Assembly: GCA_027053075.1 (NCBI GenBank)
Contig: JALUEE010000026.1
Location: 1-17,268, forward strand
Length of the DNA: 17,268 nt
Source: a candidate division WOR-3 bacterium
GTDB lineage: Bacteria > Hydrothermota > Hydrothermia > B15-G9 > WFZT01
Direction: 5' to 3'
The notes beneath the pieces are model-generated. The model had not been told where the DNA came from. It saw only the letters and a program-made list of their open reading frames with translations, and did not search any database. Positions 16,919-17,268 of the stretch are shown piece by piece. The stretch's first letter is position 1, and each line of letters begins with the position of its first letter. The translations under genes and the position numbers were made by a program.

Positions 16919-17143
16919 GCGGAATGCCCCCTCCCTCACCCTCCCCCGCGCGAAGCGCGGGGGAGGGTGGTTTTCCTGGAATTGCGGAGAGAGGTAAAGT
17001 GAGGGCTACATATGAAAATTACTTTCATTTAAAAGTCTAAAAAAGAATCTTTGGAAGCCACTTTTTGTCCAGTTTTTGCTCCCTTACACGCAAAATAAAT
17101 TTTCCTCTCCCCGCGTAAATTCTATGCGGGGAGAGGTCAGGTG
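16917..17143 (+). repeat. About 230-bp direct repeat, copy 2 (units C1-D1-A2), cut by an IS at its 3' end
   Basis: Aligns with 16136-16366. Similarity stops abruptly after GAGAGGTCAGGTG. Confidence 0.92.
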
Positions 17144-17268
17144 TCCCGTCCTGATATATGTTTACAGTACAACTCCCCACGTGGATGATTATAAAACCCT
17201 GAAAGGAGGTCACTTATATGCCTGATAACAACAAACATTATACCGAAGCCTTCAAACTCAAGGTTATT
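17142..17268 (+). mobile_element. Left end of an IS3-family (possibly IS481-like) insertion sequence, partial
   Basis: Begins TGTCCCGTCCTGATATATGTTTACA (5'-TG/TGT terminus) exactly where repeat homology breaks, followed by an RBS and an OrfA-like start. Confidence 0.7.
17218..17268 (+). CDS. Transposase OrfA N-terminus (MPDNNKHYTEAFKLKVI...), partial
   Basis: AGGAGGT at 17204-17210. Y-T/S-E-A-F-K-L-K-V is the typical start of IS3-type HTH domains. Confidence 0.7.
   Translation, partial: MPDNNKHYTEAFKLKVI

Larger units (their letters stand above)
15992..17143. repeat. Array of REP/boxC-like palindromic units (CCCTCTCCC-stem/loop-GGGAGAGGG plus GGTGAGGG tail) surrounding the DUF559 gene
   Basis: Units: A0 15992-16037 (degenerate), B0 16075-16110, C0 16146-16193 (inverted), D0 about 16212-16230 (right arm only), A1 16328-16371, B1 16409-16445, C1 16927-16969 (inverted), D1 about 16986-17005, A2 17104-17143. 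Forward tails are followed by ACATMT.AAA.T-like linkers. Confidence 0.9.

Noticed and set aside
15992..17143. CRISPR array interpretation of the repeats
   Set aside because: Units vary in sequence, occur in both orientations, have irregular spacing and repeated rather than unique linkers, and there are no cas genes in the window.

Overview
A compact, mostly minus-strand bacterial segment. Inference on the host: probably a thermophile of the wider FCB/WOR-3-type lineages, because a protease carries a T9SS-type C-terminal sorting domain and a HAD protein looks Thermococcales-like. Both ends run into insertion sequences: an IS256-like left end truncates an Asp/Glu racemase, and an IS3-like left end starts at 17142. 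The core holds a long-chain polyprenyl synthase, a 1584-aa TPR / degenerate-GGDEF / STAND ATPase / TPR protein, and a tightly coupled 9-gene run (lutABC, ktrB, ktrA, small TPR, S8 protease with a ~315-aa insert, HAD, GNAT-like). The most striking part is 15992-17143. A stand-alone DUF559 (Vsr-like) endonuclease gene with its own apparently leaderless promoter sits inside an ordered array of GC-rich palindromes with GGTGAGGG tails. The array has an A-B-C-D higher-order period. The inverted B/C pair occurs once empty (35-nt spacer) and once enclosing the nuclease gene, and the hairpins show compensatory changes. This resembles the RAYT/REP arrangement but with a different nuclease fold. Family assignments come from motif recognition and memory; no searches were run.
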